This document shows positions 51,201 to 63,488 of a stretch of DNA of 64,000 nucleotides, in pieces. How positions within the stretch are numbered: the stretch's first letter is position 1; each line of letters opens with the position of its first letter. The notes under the pieces are model-generated. The model made no database searches, was not told the origin of the DNA, and was given only the letters and a program-made list of their open reading frames with translations. The translations under genes were made by a program, and so were the position numbers. Origin of the DNA: Tubiluchus corallicola (Eukaryota; Animalia; Priapulida); the NCBI GenBank assembly GCA_030141605.1, contig JAQGDQ010000819.1:27969-91968 (forward strand). Reading direction: 5' to 3'.

Positions 51201-53432
51201 TCTCAGGAGGACAAGAACGCGCCGTTGAAATTCTATCAGAAAATCCTTATAGCCGGCACCGCTGGCATGATGGGTGGCTTCGTCGGTACTCCCGGTGATA
51301 TGGTAAACGTTCGGTAAGCAATAAATGTGCTCTTCCTTCAAGTTTGTTCCATGGCTAGCTGTTCCACCCAAGCAAACTGATCATTTCGTCTTGCCTAGAT
51401 AACAAATAATACCCAAAATGTTTCTGTAATTTCGCCTTTGAAACGCATCGATTTCAGCTTTATGATTTGCTTTTAACGTCCAGACCTCAGAGTTGTACAG
51501 AACTACAGTTTCAACTAAGGCTGAGAATATTCTAATTTTTGTTTCCAAAGAAATCTTCCTATTCTCAAAAACTTTTGTGAGTTTTGAGTAAGCTGATAAT
51601 GCCATTATTTTCCATCTTCATATGTCGTCTTCTAAGTTAAATATTAATAATAAACTTCTAATGACAATTATTTGCCAAAATACTTCAGGTTTGTTCACAT
51701 TTGTAAATCAGAACATTATTGGTTACATAATTGTTGTTGTTGGTCTCCTTCTGTCTCGGAAGACAATAGAGTGTGCGCCAAAAGAGCCAGTTATTGATCA
51801 CATTGATGGAGCTGCAGCGTCGATTGTGGCTGAGCAGTGCGATCCTTGAACGTCTCCAGGGCGCACGCCTGGGCAAGGTGTATGGAGATCCTGAGTTGCC
51901 CAGACAACAGGAACCCCCTCTCTTCCTCCCTGGTGTAGTCCAAAGGAAAACGGAGCGATACGTTTGGTACCTGGTTGGCTGCAGGAGCTGCCGGAGTCAG
52001 TGAGCATGCTGCACTGGTCCGCCTTCGGGGCTCCACTGATTTGGAAGGTTTACTCCTCTACACATGGCCGTTGGGTCACTTGACCTCATCCGCCCACTAG
52101 CCATTGGCTGTTTGTGCAGCTCTTCCGCCTAGTGTCGAGATACAGTGTGGGCATCCCGCAAGCCTACAGCACCTGGTATTCCTAGGCGGTCACCCATCCA
52201 AGTACTAACCAGGCTCTACGTTGCTTAACTTCGGTAATCAGACGAGAACCGGTGTTTTCAATGTGATTTGGCTAGTTGTACCACCCAAGCGAACTGATCA
52301 TTTCATCTTGCTTAGATAACAATCACAGGCTTTTCAGTTCTTACAAAGTTCGCCTTTGACCCTTTGACCACCCACCATCGTGAAATTACGTTAATGGCTG
52401 TTGATGTTATAATTCTATATTGAAATGGGGAAATATGTGTTCTTATTATTTAAAGTGCTAAACTAAGATCTTTTGCTTTCTGGTTTTTGTGATAATAATT
52501 AGCGTTCAACTTATCATATTAGCATAATCTCTCGGAATGTCTCGGGTTCAAGCCTTAGGGCAGGTATTCTTTCATTTTTTTCTTTTATTCTGCGTACAGT
52601 ATTACTTTTCTATGCAGTAATAGTAACAAATATAGGACTAGTTAGTAAGAAAATCAAATGAACTATATTATCCCTCACTGGCTGATGTGAACCTTTGTGA
52701 ACTGATAGTCACTTTGGGAGTAGCTTGCGGGTCTTCAAAGCACAGTGTAACGGTTGTGTCCAGAAAGGTGTTGAAAGTCCTGTTTCATCTGGAAATGTAA
52801 ATTGTGATTTTGATTTTGTTAGAATATACAATTTCTTGTGATTTTGCCATTTTCTTGAGAAAGTTTAAAGTCAAATATAAATTTTTACATTTCTGTTATA
52901 TAGAATTGATAGCTAACTTACGTTATTTAACTACGTAAGTAAGTACTTAATAGTTAAATTAATGACTACATTATGTTAAAGTCTGTGTTATAGAAATAAA
53001 AATATACCGACATCTCGGGTCACCGATTTTTTTCCCTGATTATCAGTATAAAAATTCGGTCCGGTAAAGTTTGATTGTAATTACTAAATGTTTCCCTATA
53101 ATACTTACAGTAAACGATGCTTATTGTTGTCCAATCGCAAGTTGTTTTTTCTCACAAAATAAGTTTCAATGTTTACATGAATTTTGTTCATAGGATGCAA
53201 AATGATATGAAGATTCCTAGAGAGCAAAGGAGGAAGTAAGTATGGCAATGAGAAATGTTTGTTTATTACATGGATACTTTACTTCTTAATTCGGAAGTGG
53301 TGCTGGCAAGCCACTGGCTTAGCAGTGTCTAGTTTTTTTGCTGGATTACTGCTGCGTTTACCTGTCTGAAGGCAGATTTCTTTTATTTTAGAATTCTGCC
53401 TGCCCAATGTCTACAATAGACGTGACGGGCGT

Positions 53433-53464
<32 letters not shown>

Positions 53465-54508
53465 ACTTTACAAGATAGAAAACTGGAAATACTAGTTTGT
53501 CAAATACAATGTGTACTTGATAAGACTGCTTGATGTTTCCTGACGAAGGATAAGCACTGAAGATTGGCGCTAATTTATAGCAAAAACCAATGTCTCGATA
53601 CTTGGCGTCCCTGTTACAATTGTGGAAGGTCTTTCATTTTCCAACATGGATAAAAATAGTTATGAACTACCTACCTGCTGCAAATGCTTATTGGTAACAG
53701 ATAATTCTATAATGATGGATCATGTGCTGTTAATTGTGTAACTGATCTTAGTCCAAGTTTTTTATTACGGGTGTAATTTGTGGTTAAACCTGATTTTTTT
53801 CGGATTTGTATTTACATCGTCTTTGTCAAAGCATCTTAGCCTGTCTAAGGAAATTCAGTATTAAATAGTTCACCGCTCAGGTGAAGTTTGTCTAACTTTA
53901 GTATTAAAGTGATTGATGACATTTAAATTTCAGTTATAAGCATGCAATTGATGGGATATACCGCGTAGCAACAGAAGAGGGAATGACGAAGCTGTTTAAT
54001 GGTGCTACCATGGCAACGATAAGAGCTGTGCTCATGACTGTTGGTCAGGTTAGTTACTACCTGGCGTAGTTACAATTCTGTTCACCGGGGAGCGCTGACT
54101 TTTCACCAACTTGGTTGCTATTTGCGCCGTGGTCCTCTGATCTTTAGTAAAAAGATCGGAATGCAGCATTGTACTTCATAGCCAACCAGTTTGGCTTGCG
54201 AATTTGTACTGCTCACAGTGCCTTTGACATTTCATTGTTAGTTTGTTTTAAGAAACTCTTGAAATTGTTAAAAAAAAATCCACCGCACATTGCAGAAAGG
54301 CGTGTTTCATTGTGTAGCATTGTTTATTCATTCACTGTCAGAGAAATGATGCAGCATCGAAGGAAGCCATCACTACAGCAGGCAGTATCCAGGGAAGCCA
54401 GTGCAACAATGAGCAAAACCAAATTAATATCTTGTTGGTGAAAATGCATCTTCAGGCTTCAGAGCCTGATTTCGTTAGGAAAGAAATCTTTCAGTTACTG
54501 GTTCTGAT

Positions 54509-54563
<55 letters not shown>

Positions 54564-55732
54564 TAATAATCTTTTATTTATCTTTTAACACACGCACAGT
54601 TATCATACAATTAATTTGGTAACAAAAATGTGAAGAAAGGGCAGTGAAAGACCAATTGGTCATCTAAGCAGCTGCCCTTTGGTTAGTGATGAACATTTTT
54701 TATAGGCGCTATGCTACAGTGTATTAGTGTTAGTACTGCTTATAATAAAAACTAAATTGTTACGAATGGCATTAAATTGATATGCTTATAACGTGTTAGT
54801 ACAATTCATACACAGTAATAATAAGTGCATAATAAAAAAAATCAAACTGAAAATAACTGAAACAAGAACTGAAATAAAAATCTGACAACAGAAACATAAT
54901 AACAATGGCAACTGAAATATACTTTAGCATAATTCTTAGACATAAGCAAGCGAATGTATAATGGAGTCATAATGTATCATAATAATGTAAAAAATTACAG
55001 AGCGATTTTTGATGATCTTAGGTAAAATAAATAAATTTTATTTAATGAATCATTTTAATGGATTTAATGAATAAAATATTATGTACAAAATGTTAAGTTT
55101 GGGTTTTGGTGAAACATTATATAAAAATGAGATTTATTTATAAGCTTGTGTGTTTCATTTTAGATTGCTTTCTACGATCAAATCAAGCAATTGCTGCTAC
55201 AATCTGGATGGTTTAAGGATAACATTGGAACCCATTTTACTGCTAGTACTTTAGCTGTGAGTCATTTTTACTTTTCCTCGTATTTTGCTTGTTAAGTTGT
55301 ATCTCACGGTATTGCTAATGTTGATAAACACTTTATTTCCACTAGTGACCCTATAACTTGGAATAAATTACCTGCATACATCAAAACTTCTGTGTCAATT
55401 CATAAAGTAAAGAAAAATCTTAAATCACACATATGCTGAATGATCCCTTTGAATGTGTGGATGTATAATGTATATATACCAACATTACTTCACAGCATGT
55501 ACATGCAAATACTCACAACTCTCACTTCATCCCTATAAACTATATAATATAATTGGCAATCAATTGTGCCTCTTTTTATTTTATTCTTACTTTGGCTACA
55601 TTTATGCTTTGAAAATATTATCGTGACTTAGTTGTCATCATAACATCATCGTACTAACATGTGTCATTCATGTATTCCTCATCAACATGCTGAATTTCTA
55701 CCTTTTGCACTTTGTCCTCATTGTAGAAGAAA

Positions 55733-55777
<45 letters not shown>

Positions 55778-58172
55778 TGTGTGGTGGTGTGTGTGTGTGA
55801 GAGAGAGTGAGTGAGTGTGCATGCGTGCGTGTGTGAGCGAGTGAGATTGAGTGAGTGTGTGTGCGTGTGAGTGCGTGTGTGAGTGTATGAGAGCTAGTGA
55901 GTGTGAGAGCGTATGAGAGTGAGTGAGTGAGAGAGAGAGAGAGAGAGAGAGAGATCATTTTATGCACTTCTGTTTTTGGTTCTCAAATTTCAAATTTACC
56001 ATTAATCTGAGCAGCATCAACACATAACATTTTCTTCCTGGTGTTGTCCAGAGGCATACCAGTAATCTCAATAAAAGTTTTTTCTGTGTAAAATTCGTGT
56101 TAATTTAATGCCTTCTGTGTGAATTATCATTGTATGCTCATGGTAAATGTAGCAATAAATTCTAAATTTTGTTATCAAATCAATTTGTAAAACGCTTATC
56201 AAAATCGAAACTGTCTCACAATGTTTGTACCGATTCCCATCAATATTGCCATGAAAAAACTTCAGAGAAAAAGTGGAAGATACTTTTTGTATACAAAGAG
56301 GGCAGCAGCGTCGATTACTTCTCAGTCACTGGAAGTAAAATACTTTTTTTCTGATTTACTGACGTTGATGATTTTGTATAGGGGGCAGTAGCAACGACTA
56401 TAACTCAACCGCTGGATGTAATGAAGACCAGAATGATGAACGCTCGTCCCGGAGAATTTAAGAGTATATTTCATTGTTTTGTTTACACCGCCAAGCTCGG
56501 TCCGTTAGCGTTTTTCAAGGTACATTTTCTTGTAATGCGTAGTTACATTTTGAGTAAAAGAACTTTCTGGTGGTCTTGTGTGTGACCAGTGGTCATTTAG
56601 GAAAAGTGAATGTAAATTAAAAAGTGAGACCGTGCAAATACAGCTCGAAAAAAATGGAATTCTTATGAGTAATTTGCAAATGATAGGAGGTGCTTTGGTA
56701 AACATTTGTCTTAAAGTAGGTCAGGAAGAAGCAATATTGTGGCAAAGAATTCCACAGATAAGAAGTCCAAGAGAAAAAACTGATTTGTAAGCAGTCTGAT
56801 ATGTCCTGGTTAAAGAAGCTATGAGAAGCAAGCATTCTTTCATAGTACCACCCAGTATTTAAAAAGAGAAGTAATATTCGAGTAAATTAGATAAATACTA
56901 CACTATGCAAGTTTCATTGTATGTTCATAAAAAATATATTCTATTGTATGACACAGCAGTGTAAGCTATGCCTACTAGTGAATGTGCAGCTAGGTTTTAA
57001 ATGTTTGTTTTATCTAAAAAAACCAGCTATGACTATTTGCTGGCTAGTTTAATTTTGAGCTATGACCTGAAAGTAACTTTTAGATGAGGGATAGCCCTAC
57101 TGGTTGCAGAGTTTCATTAGCAAGCAGAGTTAAGCCATGCTGAACCTGATTCAGATTCAGTGAATAGATGATGTTTACCTGATTTAATACTCACTTTAAG
57201 CATTTTCACTCGCCCTGCCGATTCTGGCTGTTTACCTCATCGAAGGCAGATGTATGGACACCCCAGCATGGCTAAAACGCTGGTTCTATCACTCATCTTG
57301 GTAGACCGGCCTAGACTTGATGATGAGCTAGGTACTAGTTCTACCACAACCATTAACATCAAGTGGGCTTACTTAGTGTCAAGTAAGAAAAATGAGGAAA
57401 CTTGGAGTCAAAAGTCTAGGGACTTAATAGCACATATTCTCTACATTTAACAATGTCACGTAAACATGTTTCTGTTGGACATGGTAATGAGATGAACTCA
57501 TATCTCGGTTTTCCGGACATCGGAAGAATCGGACAAAATCTGTGGACAGTTAAAACGTTCCGCATACTACGGACACAGTCCGTTGTTTCGCAAGTTGACC
57601 GCTAGTTGATGGGCCGTCACTTTGTTTACAGCATTACATCGTTGTAATCGTGTGTCAGTTATACGGAGTTATTCGAGTCAATTGCTGACAGTTCTTATAT
57701 ACTTTTGCACAAGAGCGGCCCGTACTAGACGTTTTTGAGCCAATTAGGCGATTGATTCTGCCTTACCGTGAATCTAATACACAACACCTGCTGTGTGTAT
57801 TAGCTTAGTGTCGGTAACTACGGACAATCGGCAAATTCGCACCGACGTCGCCCTGCTTTTGTCCGGCAAACCGAGATATTTGCCAGTAATATCTTATCTT
57901 GTATTCTGAAGATGAGTCATTTCCAAAAGGTTTTCAGTAAATATTAGGTACTATATATCTGTCTCTTAATCAAACTACGTGCAAGTGACCTTCATTTACT
58001 GACAAAACTTTATCTTTCCTAATGTTAAATAAGTTAATGTGGAAAATCAAATGTTTTGCATATTTTTCAGGGTTACATACCGGCTTTCATTCGCTTAGCT
58101 CCGCAGACGATATTAACGTTCGTGTTTTTTGAACAGTTGCGCGTGAATTTCGGCTTCTACGTGGACGATTAA
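48225..58172 (+). CDS. SLC25A10: Mitochondrial dicarboxylate carrier; 9 coding exons, ~305 aa
   Basis: Exons 48225-48251, 49495-49602, 50183-50302, 51141-51313, 53194-53235, 53934-54048, 55164-55256, 56382-56519, 58071-58172; 918 nt. RWYFGGMGSAGAACCTHPLDLLKV, GTPGDMVNVRMQND, RRNYKHAIDG, TQPLDVMKTRMMN, FFKGYIPAFIRLAPQT: three carrier repeats with dicarboxylate-carrier-type motifs. Confidence 0.95.
48468..49191 (+). mobile_element. Tc1/pogo-like MITE family B, long copy
   Basis: TA|CAGTAGACGCCGCTTAATAGA...TCTATTAAGCGGCGCCCGCTG. Confidence 0.75.
49299..49407. mobile_element. Short hairpin MITE, Harbinger-like ends
   Basis: ~45-bp imperfect inverted arms, GGGGCCGCTTTCACAAAGCC...GGCTTTGTGAAACCGTCCCC. 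Confidence 0.6.
50007..50172. repeat. ~12-bp degenerate repeat (TTCATTGTTTAC)
   Basis: Directly visible; ends ~10 bp before the SLC25A10 acceptor at 50182. Confidence 0.85.
50605..50706. mobile_element. 102-bp hAT mini-MITE
   Basis: AGTGGCGTAGCTAGG...CCTAGCGATGCCCCTG with exact 8-bp TSD CTCTCATC. Confidence 0.75.
51406..51690 (-). mobile_element. Decayed RTE-like reverse transcriptase fragment
   Basis: LEDDI*RWKIMALSAY..ISLETKIRIFSALVETVVLYNSEVWTL..IDAFQRR..RNILGI. Confidence 0.8.
51731..52278 (-). mobile_element. Putative 5S-headed SINE with GC-rich body and (AAC)n tail
   Basis: 5S head, ~420-bp GC-rich body, tail AACAACAACAA at 51741-51731. Confidence 0.65.
52160..52278 (-). rRNA. Near full-length 5S rRNA-like sequence, probably a SINE head or pseudogene
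   Basis: Reverse complement reads TTGAAAACACCGGTTCTCGTCTGATTACCGAAGTTAAGCAACG..GGTTAGTACTTGGATGGGTGACCGCCTAGGAATACCAGGTGCTGTAGGCTT. First ~10 nt diverged; no oligo-T terminator after it. Confidence 0.85.
54511..54570. repeat. (AAT)n microsatellite
   Basis: Directly visible. Confidence 0.9.
55733..55954. repeat. (GT)n/(GA)n compound microsatellite; counterpart (CT)/(CA)n at 63280-63488
   Basis: Directly visible; length and composition differ between the two arms of the inverted duplication. Confidence 0.9.
56690..56835 (-). mobile_element. LINE 3' fragment (CR1/Jockey group), also duplicated at ~62307-62460
   Basis: SFFSWTSYLWNSLP motif. Confidence 0.55.
57500..57879. mobile_element. TIR element carrying a family A/B internal module; duplicated at ~61257-61643
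   Basis: ATATCTCGGTTTTCCGGACA...TGTCCGGCAAACCGAGATAT. Confidence 0.6.
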
Positions 58173-58425
58173 CGACGAGGTTAAAATTGTCGAATAAAAG
58201 CACGTGTTATAGTCACTCCGGTGGAGATGCTCATTTGTTATGGAAACAGTGGATTATGTGTGATTTGCGACAGATTATTGGCTTAAATAGCAAGAATAGT
58301 GTTTAGCTTAGTATTCTGCTTGTGTTTGGGTCATAGTTGACAATGACACTGTTTGTGTAGTAACCTTTTGAATGGCAGTTGTATGTAGTATGCTATTCTC
58401 CATGTCAGATGTTTACAGTTAACCG

Positions 58426-59420
58426 TGTTTATTGAGCAACGATCGTTTCGGCTACTGAAGCCATTATCAAACTATAAATGACACCAAAAAGAAGAATAAA
58501 TAACACATTAATGATGCAAAGGCACAAACTAAAACTACAAAACAACAGATTAGAAAATAATTTTTCAGAAATTGCAGAGAAATATAATAAAATAGAAGTT
58601 GTGTTTTATTCTTATACAGTAGTACCTCGGGTTTCGACCGTAACTCGTTCCTAAATGTGTTTGAAATTCGATTTGCTTGACTACCGAATCATTTATTCTC
58701 ATAAGAAATAATGCAAAAGCAAATAATCCGTTCTCAAGCGCCAAATAAACTGTAAAGTGTTACTAAAATGAAATATAATAACGTAAAAATGTTTATTCAA
58801 ACAGTAGATATGATGTAATTGATAAGAAAAACGTAATAGAATTGCTTTGAAAGAAAAACATAATTGTTCCTGCATGAAAAAGCGGAGAAAAATAAGCGTA
58901 GAAAGCACTTGGCGATGTTAGGCGATTCAAATGTGCGTGACTACTCTCGGGTGCGGTCGATTACGCTCGGCTCTACTCTGCTCACCGTGCATGTGTTCAT
59001 CACGTGTTTGGTGGTTGGTCGAGTACCGAAATTTTGGTCGAGAGTGGAGACAATTTCAGCTCAAACTGTCTGGTCGAAAACCGATTTGTACGAATACGGA
59101 GACGTTCGTAAACAGATGTATAACTGTAATGCTTACTGCTGTGGTTCTTCATTATGTAGACTTGGACTAACTGCTTACCCATTCTGTTCTTTTTTAGTTC
59201 TCCTGTGTTAGGTAACAAAATTTTTTACACTTCTCTGCAATTTGTTTGATTACAACCTTGTTTATTTTGAGCTGTTTTATTTAAGTTAAATTCCAATCTG
59301 TTGTTTTATAGTTTCAGTTTGTGCCTTTGTATCATTAATGTATTATTTCTTCTTCTTCTTGGCTTCATTTATAGTTTGATAATGGCTTCAGTAGCTGAAA
59401 CGATCAACGCTCAATAAACA
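58426..59420. mobile_element. Foldback-like element with ~155-190 bp inverted arms and a nested Tc1/pogo-like MITE (58617-59126)
   Basis: 58426-58581 is an imperfect reverse complement of 59231-59420; nested TA|CAGTAGTACCTC...GTATAACTG|TA. Confidence 0.7.
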
Positions 59421-60562
59421 TAACGATTCCTAGAAGCTGACTCCTTCCTGTCTACAGTTAAGTTTTATGGGAAAAGTTTAAGCATGTTTTAAGGAATCGT
59501 AGGTGGCTGCCACCGTGTATAATAGTTTATCCGGTCCTATAGGCGTCGCAGCTATCACAACGCTTCATCTTAAATTTTTGTCCGCTAGAGCCGTAATTGA
59601 AATGAGAGGTTGTTATTGTGGAATTGTAGTAGTATTAGTAACTTGAGCATCTCTGTCTTTTCGACTTAGTTGTATTTCTGCTAATAAGAAAAATAAAAGA
59701 TGACGCATGTATGCAAAATAGATACATAGTAAGTTAGTAAGTTCATTCTTTAGCTTAATATTTCGTAGTTATATAAACAACTGAAAGGCAAAGATCACGA
59801 GAACGAAACAACATGACATTTAAATGTCAGATCTTTTGCCTTTCAGATTGTAAATAAACGTTAGTCAAATTCACTTTATTTTCTGTAGAAAAGTTTAGCA
59901 AAGTGACGTTTGTATAGAATTAGAAAAATATGATAAGTTGTCAGGGTTATTTTAAACAGGTACACACTTACGACCTGATCAGAATCTCACACTCATATTA
60001 ATTTATTAAACTGACAGTCAGCTGTAAGCTTTAGCAACATGTAAGTCAACATTTTCACTGTAAAATGAAATGGAATTTGTTTGTCATCCAAGATGGACTG
60101 GGAAAAGCTCAGTGTTAGCTTGCTCGTCTGTTTAGCGGCAGTTTTTGATGGTAGACTATCAAAGCTTTACTCTCTTCATGCTGCTGCTGGAGGAAGTTTT
60201 TGGCTGCACTTTAAAGAAGAGGTTCATATAGATTGTAGAGGCACCTTTTTTGATATTTGTCAGTATTTAGGCTGTTTCTCATCTACAGTATGGAAAATTA
60301 TTTATCTGCAGATGTTTGGGGAAACAGTAAAAACATATTAGCGGGCAAGTTATTTTTATCGTAACATAGGATTCGCAGTCAGACTTTAGCGTTTTCATTA
60401 CATGCAATTGCCTCCATTGCTAAAGCATTCATTCATAACAAATGTCTTTTTTCATTTCTACAAGGTGTTAATGTAGTCAGTTTTAGCTGATACTGATGTT
60501 AGAAATTGTCGAAACAAAAATCACGCATGATACCACTGAGGAGACTACTGTAGATGATATTA

Positions 60563-63340
60563 TGCACTTTTCTGAAAAATTATTTTCTAATCTGTTGTTT
60601 TGTAGTTTTAGTTTGTGCCTTTGCATCATTAATGTGTTATTTATTCTTCTTTTTGGTGTCATTTATAGTTTGATAATGGCTTCAGTAGCCGAAACAATAG
60701 TCGCTCAATAAACACGGTTAACTGTAAACATCTGACATGGAGAACAGCATACTACATACAACTGCCATTCAAACTACTACACAAACAGTGTCATTGTCAA
60801 CTATGACCCAAACACAAGCAGAATACTAAGCTAAACACTATTCTTGCTATTTAAGCCAATAATCTGTCGCAAATCACACATAATCCACTGTTTCCATAAC
60901 AAATGAGCATCTCCACCGGAGTGACTATAACACGTGCTTTTATTCGACAATTTTAACCTCGTCGTTAATCGTCCACGTAGAAGCCGAAATTCACGCGCAA
61001 CTGTTCAAAAAACACGAACGTTAATATCGTCTGCGGAGCTAAGCGAATGAAAGCCGGTATGTAACCCTGAAAAATATGCAAAACATTTGATTTTCCACAT
61101 TAACTTATTTAACATTAGGAAAGATAAAGTTTTGTCAGTAAATGAAGGTCACTTACACGTAGTTTGATTAAGAGACAGATATATAGTACCTAATATTTAC
61201 TGAAAACCTTTTGGAAATGACTTATCTTCAGAATACAAGATAAGATATTACTGGCAAATATCTTGGTTTGCCGGACAAAAGCAGTGAGACGTCGGTGCGA
61301 ATTTGCCGATTGTCCGTATTTACCGACACTAAGCTAATACACACAGCAGGTGTTGTGTATTAGACTCACGGTAAGGCAGATTCAATCACCTAATTGACTC
61401 AAAAACGTCTAGTACGGCAAAAGTGCCCCTCGTGTGCAAAAGTACATAAAAACTGTCAGCAATTGACTCGAATAACTCCGTATAACTGACACACGATTAC
61501 AACGATGTAATGCTGTAAACAAAGTGACGGCCCACCAACTAGCGGTCAACTTACGAAACAACGGACTGCGTCCGTAGTATGCGGAACGCTTTAACTGTCC
61601 ACAGATTTTGTCCGATTCTTCCGATATCCGGAAAACCGAGATATGAGTTCATCTCATTACCATGTCCAACAGAAACATGTTTACGTGACATTGTTAAATG
61701 TAGAGAATATGTGCTATTAAGTCCCTAGACTTTTGACTCCAAGTTTCCTCATTTTTCTTACTTGACACTAAGTAAGCCCACTTGATGTTAATGGTTGTGG
61801 TGGAACTAGTACCTAGCTCATCATCAAGTCTAGGCTGGTCCACCAAGATGAGTGATAGAACCAGTGTTTTAGCCATGCTGGGGTGTCCATACATCTGCCT
61901 TCGATGAAGTAAACAGCCAGAATCGGCACGGCGAGTGAAAATGCTTAAAGTGAGTATTAAATCAGGTAAACATCATCTATTCACTGAATCTGAATCAGGT
62001 TCAGCATGGCTTAACTCTGCTTGCTAATGAAACTCTGCAACCAGTAGGGCTATCCCTCATCTAAAAGTTACTTTCAGGTCATAGCTCAAAATTAAACTAG
62101 CTAGCAAATAGTCATAGCTGGTTTTTTAGATAAAACAAACATTTAAAACCTAGCTGCACATTCACTAGTAGGCATAGCTTACACTGCTGTGTCATACAAT
62201 AGAATATATTTTTTATGAACATACAATGAAACTTGCATAGTGAATATTTATCTAATTTACTCGAATATTACTTCTCTTTTTAAATACTGGGTGGTACCAT
62301 GAAAGAATGCTTGCTTCTCATAGCTTCTTTAACCAGGACATATCAAACTGCTTACAAATCAGTTTTTTCTCTTGGACTTCTTATCTGTGGAATTCTTTGC
62401 CACAATATTGCTTCTTCCTGACCTACTTTAAGACAAATGTTTACCAAAGCACCTCCTATCATTTGCAAATTACTCAAAAGAATTCCATTTTTTTCAAGCT
62501 GAGTTTGCAGTCTCACTTCTTTATTTACAGCAACTTTTCCTAAATGACCACTGGTCACACACTAGACCACCAGAAAGTTTTTTTACTCAAAATGTAACTA
62601 CGCATTACAAGAAACTGTACCTTGAAAAACGCTAAAGGACCCAGCTTGGCGGTGTAAACAAAACAGTGAAATATACTCTTAAATTCTCCGGGACGAGCGT
62701 TCATCATTCTGGTCTTCATTACATCCAGCGGTTGAGTTATAGTCGTTGCTACTGCCCCCTATACAAAATCATCAATGTCAGTAAATCAGAATAAAGTATT
62801 TTACATCCAGCGGTTGAGTTATAGTTGTTGCTACTGCCCCCTATACAAAATCATCAATGTCAGTAAGTCAGAAATAAAGTATTTTACTTCCAGTGACTGA
62901 GAAGTAATCGATGCTACTGCCCTCTTTGTGTACAAAACGTATCTTCTACTTTTTCTCTGAAGTTTTTTCACTGCGATAGTGATGGGAATCGATGCAAAAA
63001 TTACGAGATGGTTTTCAATAATTGCGAGATTTCAATAAACATTTTACAAATTGATTTGATAACAATTTTAATTTCTTTAGAATTTATTGCTAGATTTACA
63101 ATGAGCATACAATGATAATTTCCGCAGAAGTATTAAATTAACACGAATTTTGCACAGAAAAAACTTTTATTGAGATTACTGGTATGCCTCTGGACAACAT
63201 GAGGAAGAAAATGTGTTGATGCTGCTCAGATTAATGGTAAATTTGAAATTTGAGAAACAAAAACAGAAATGCATTGATATCTCTCTCTCTCTCTCACTCA
63301 CTCACTCTCATATGCTCACTCACTCTCACACGCTCACTTG

Positions 63341-63439
<99 letters not shown>

Positions 63440-63452
63440 CGCACGCACGCAT

Positions 63453-63488
<36 letters not shown>

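Noticed and set aside
52160-52278. Functional 5S rRNA gene
   Set aside because: Single intronic copy, altered 5' end, no oligo-T terminator, fused to a retroelement-like body.
57250-57450. 66-aa ORF conserved at 61694-61894
   Set aside because: The conservation only reflects the recent inverted duplication of intron sequence.
485-58172. Functional cluster of anion and dicarboxylate transporters
   Set aside because: SLC26 and SLC25A10 can share substrates such as sulfate, but adjacency in an animal genome, separated by UTP3, is not evidence of co-regulation without conserved synteny or expression data.
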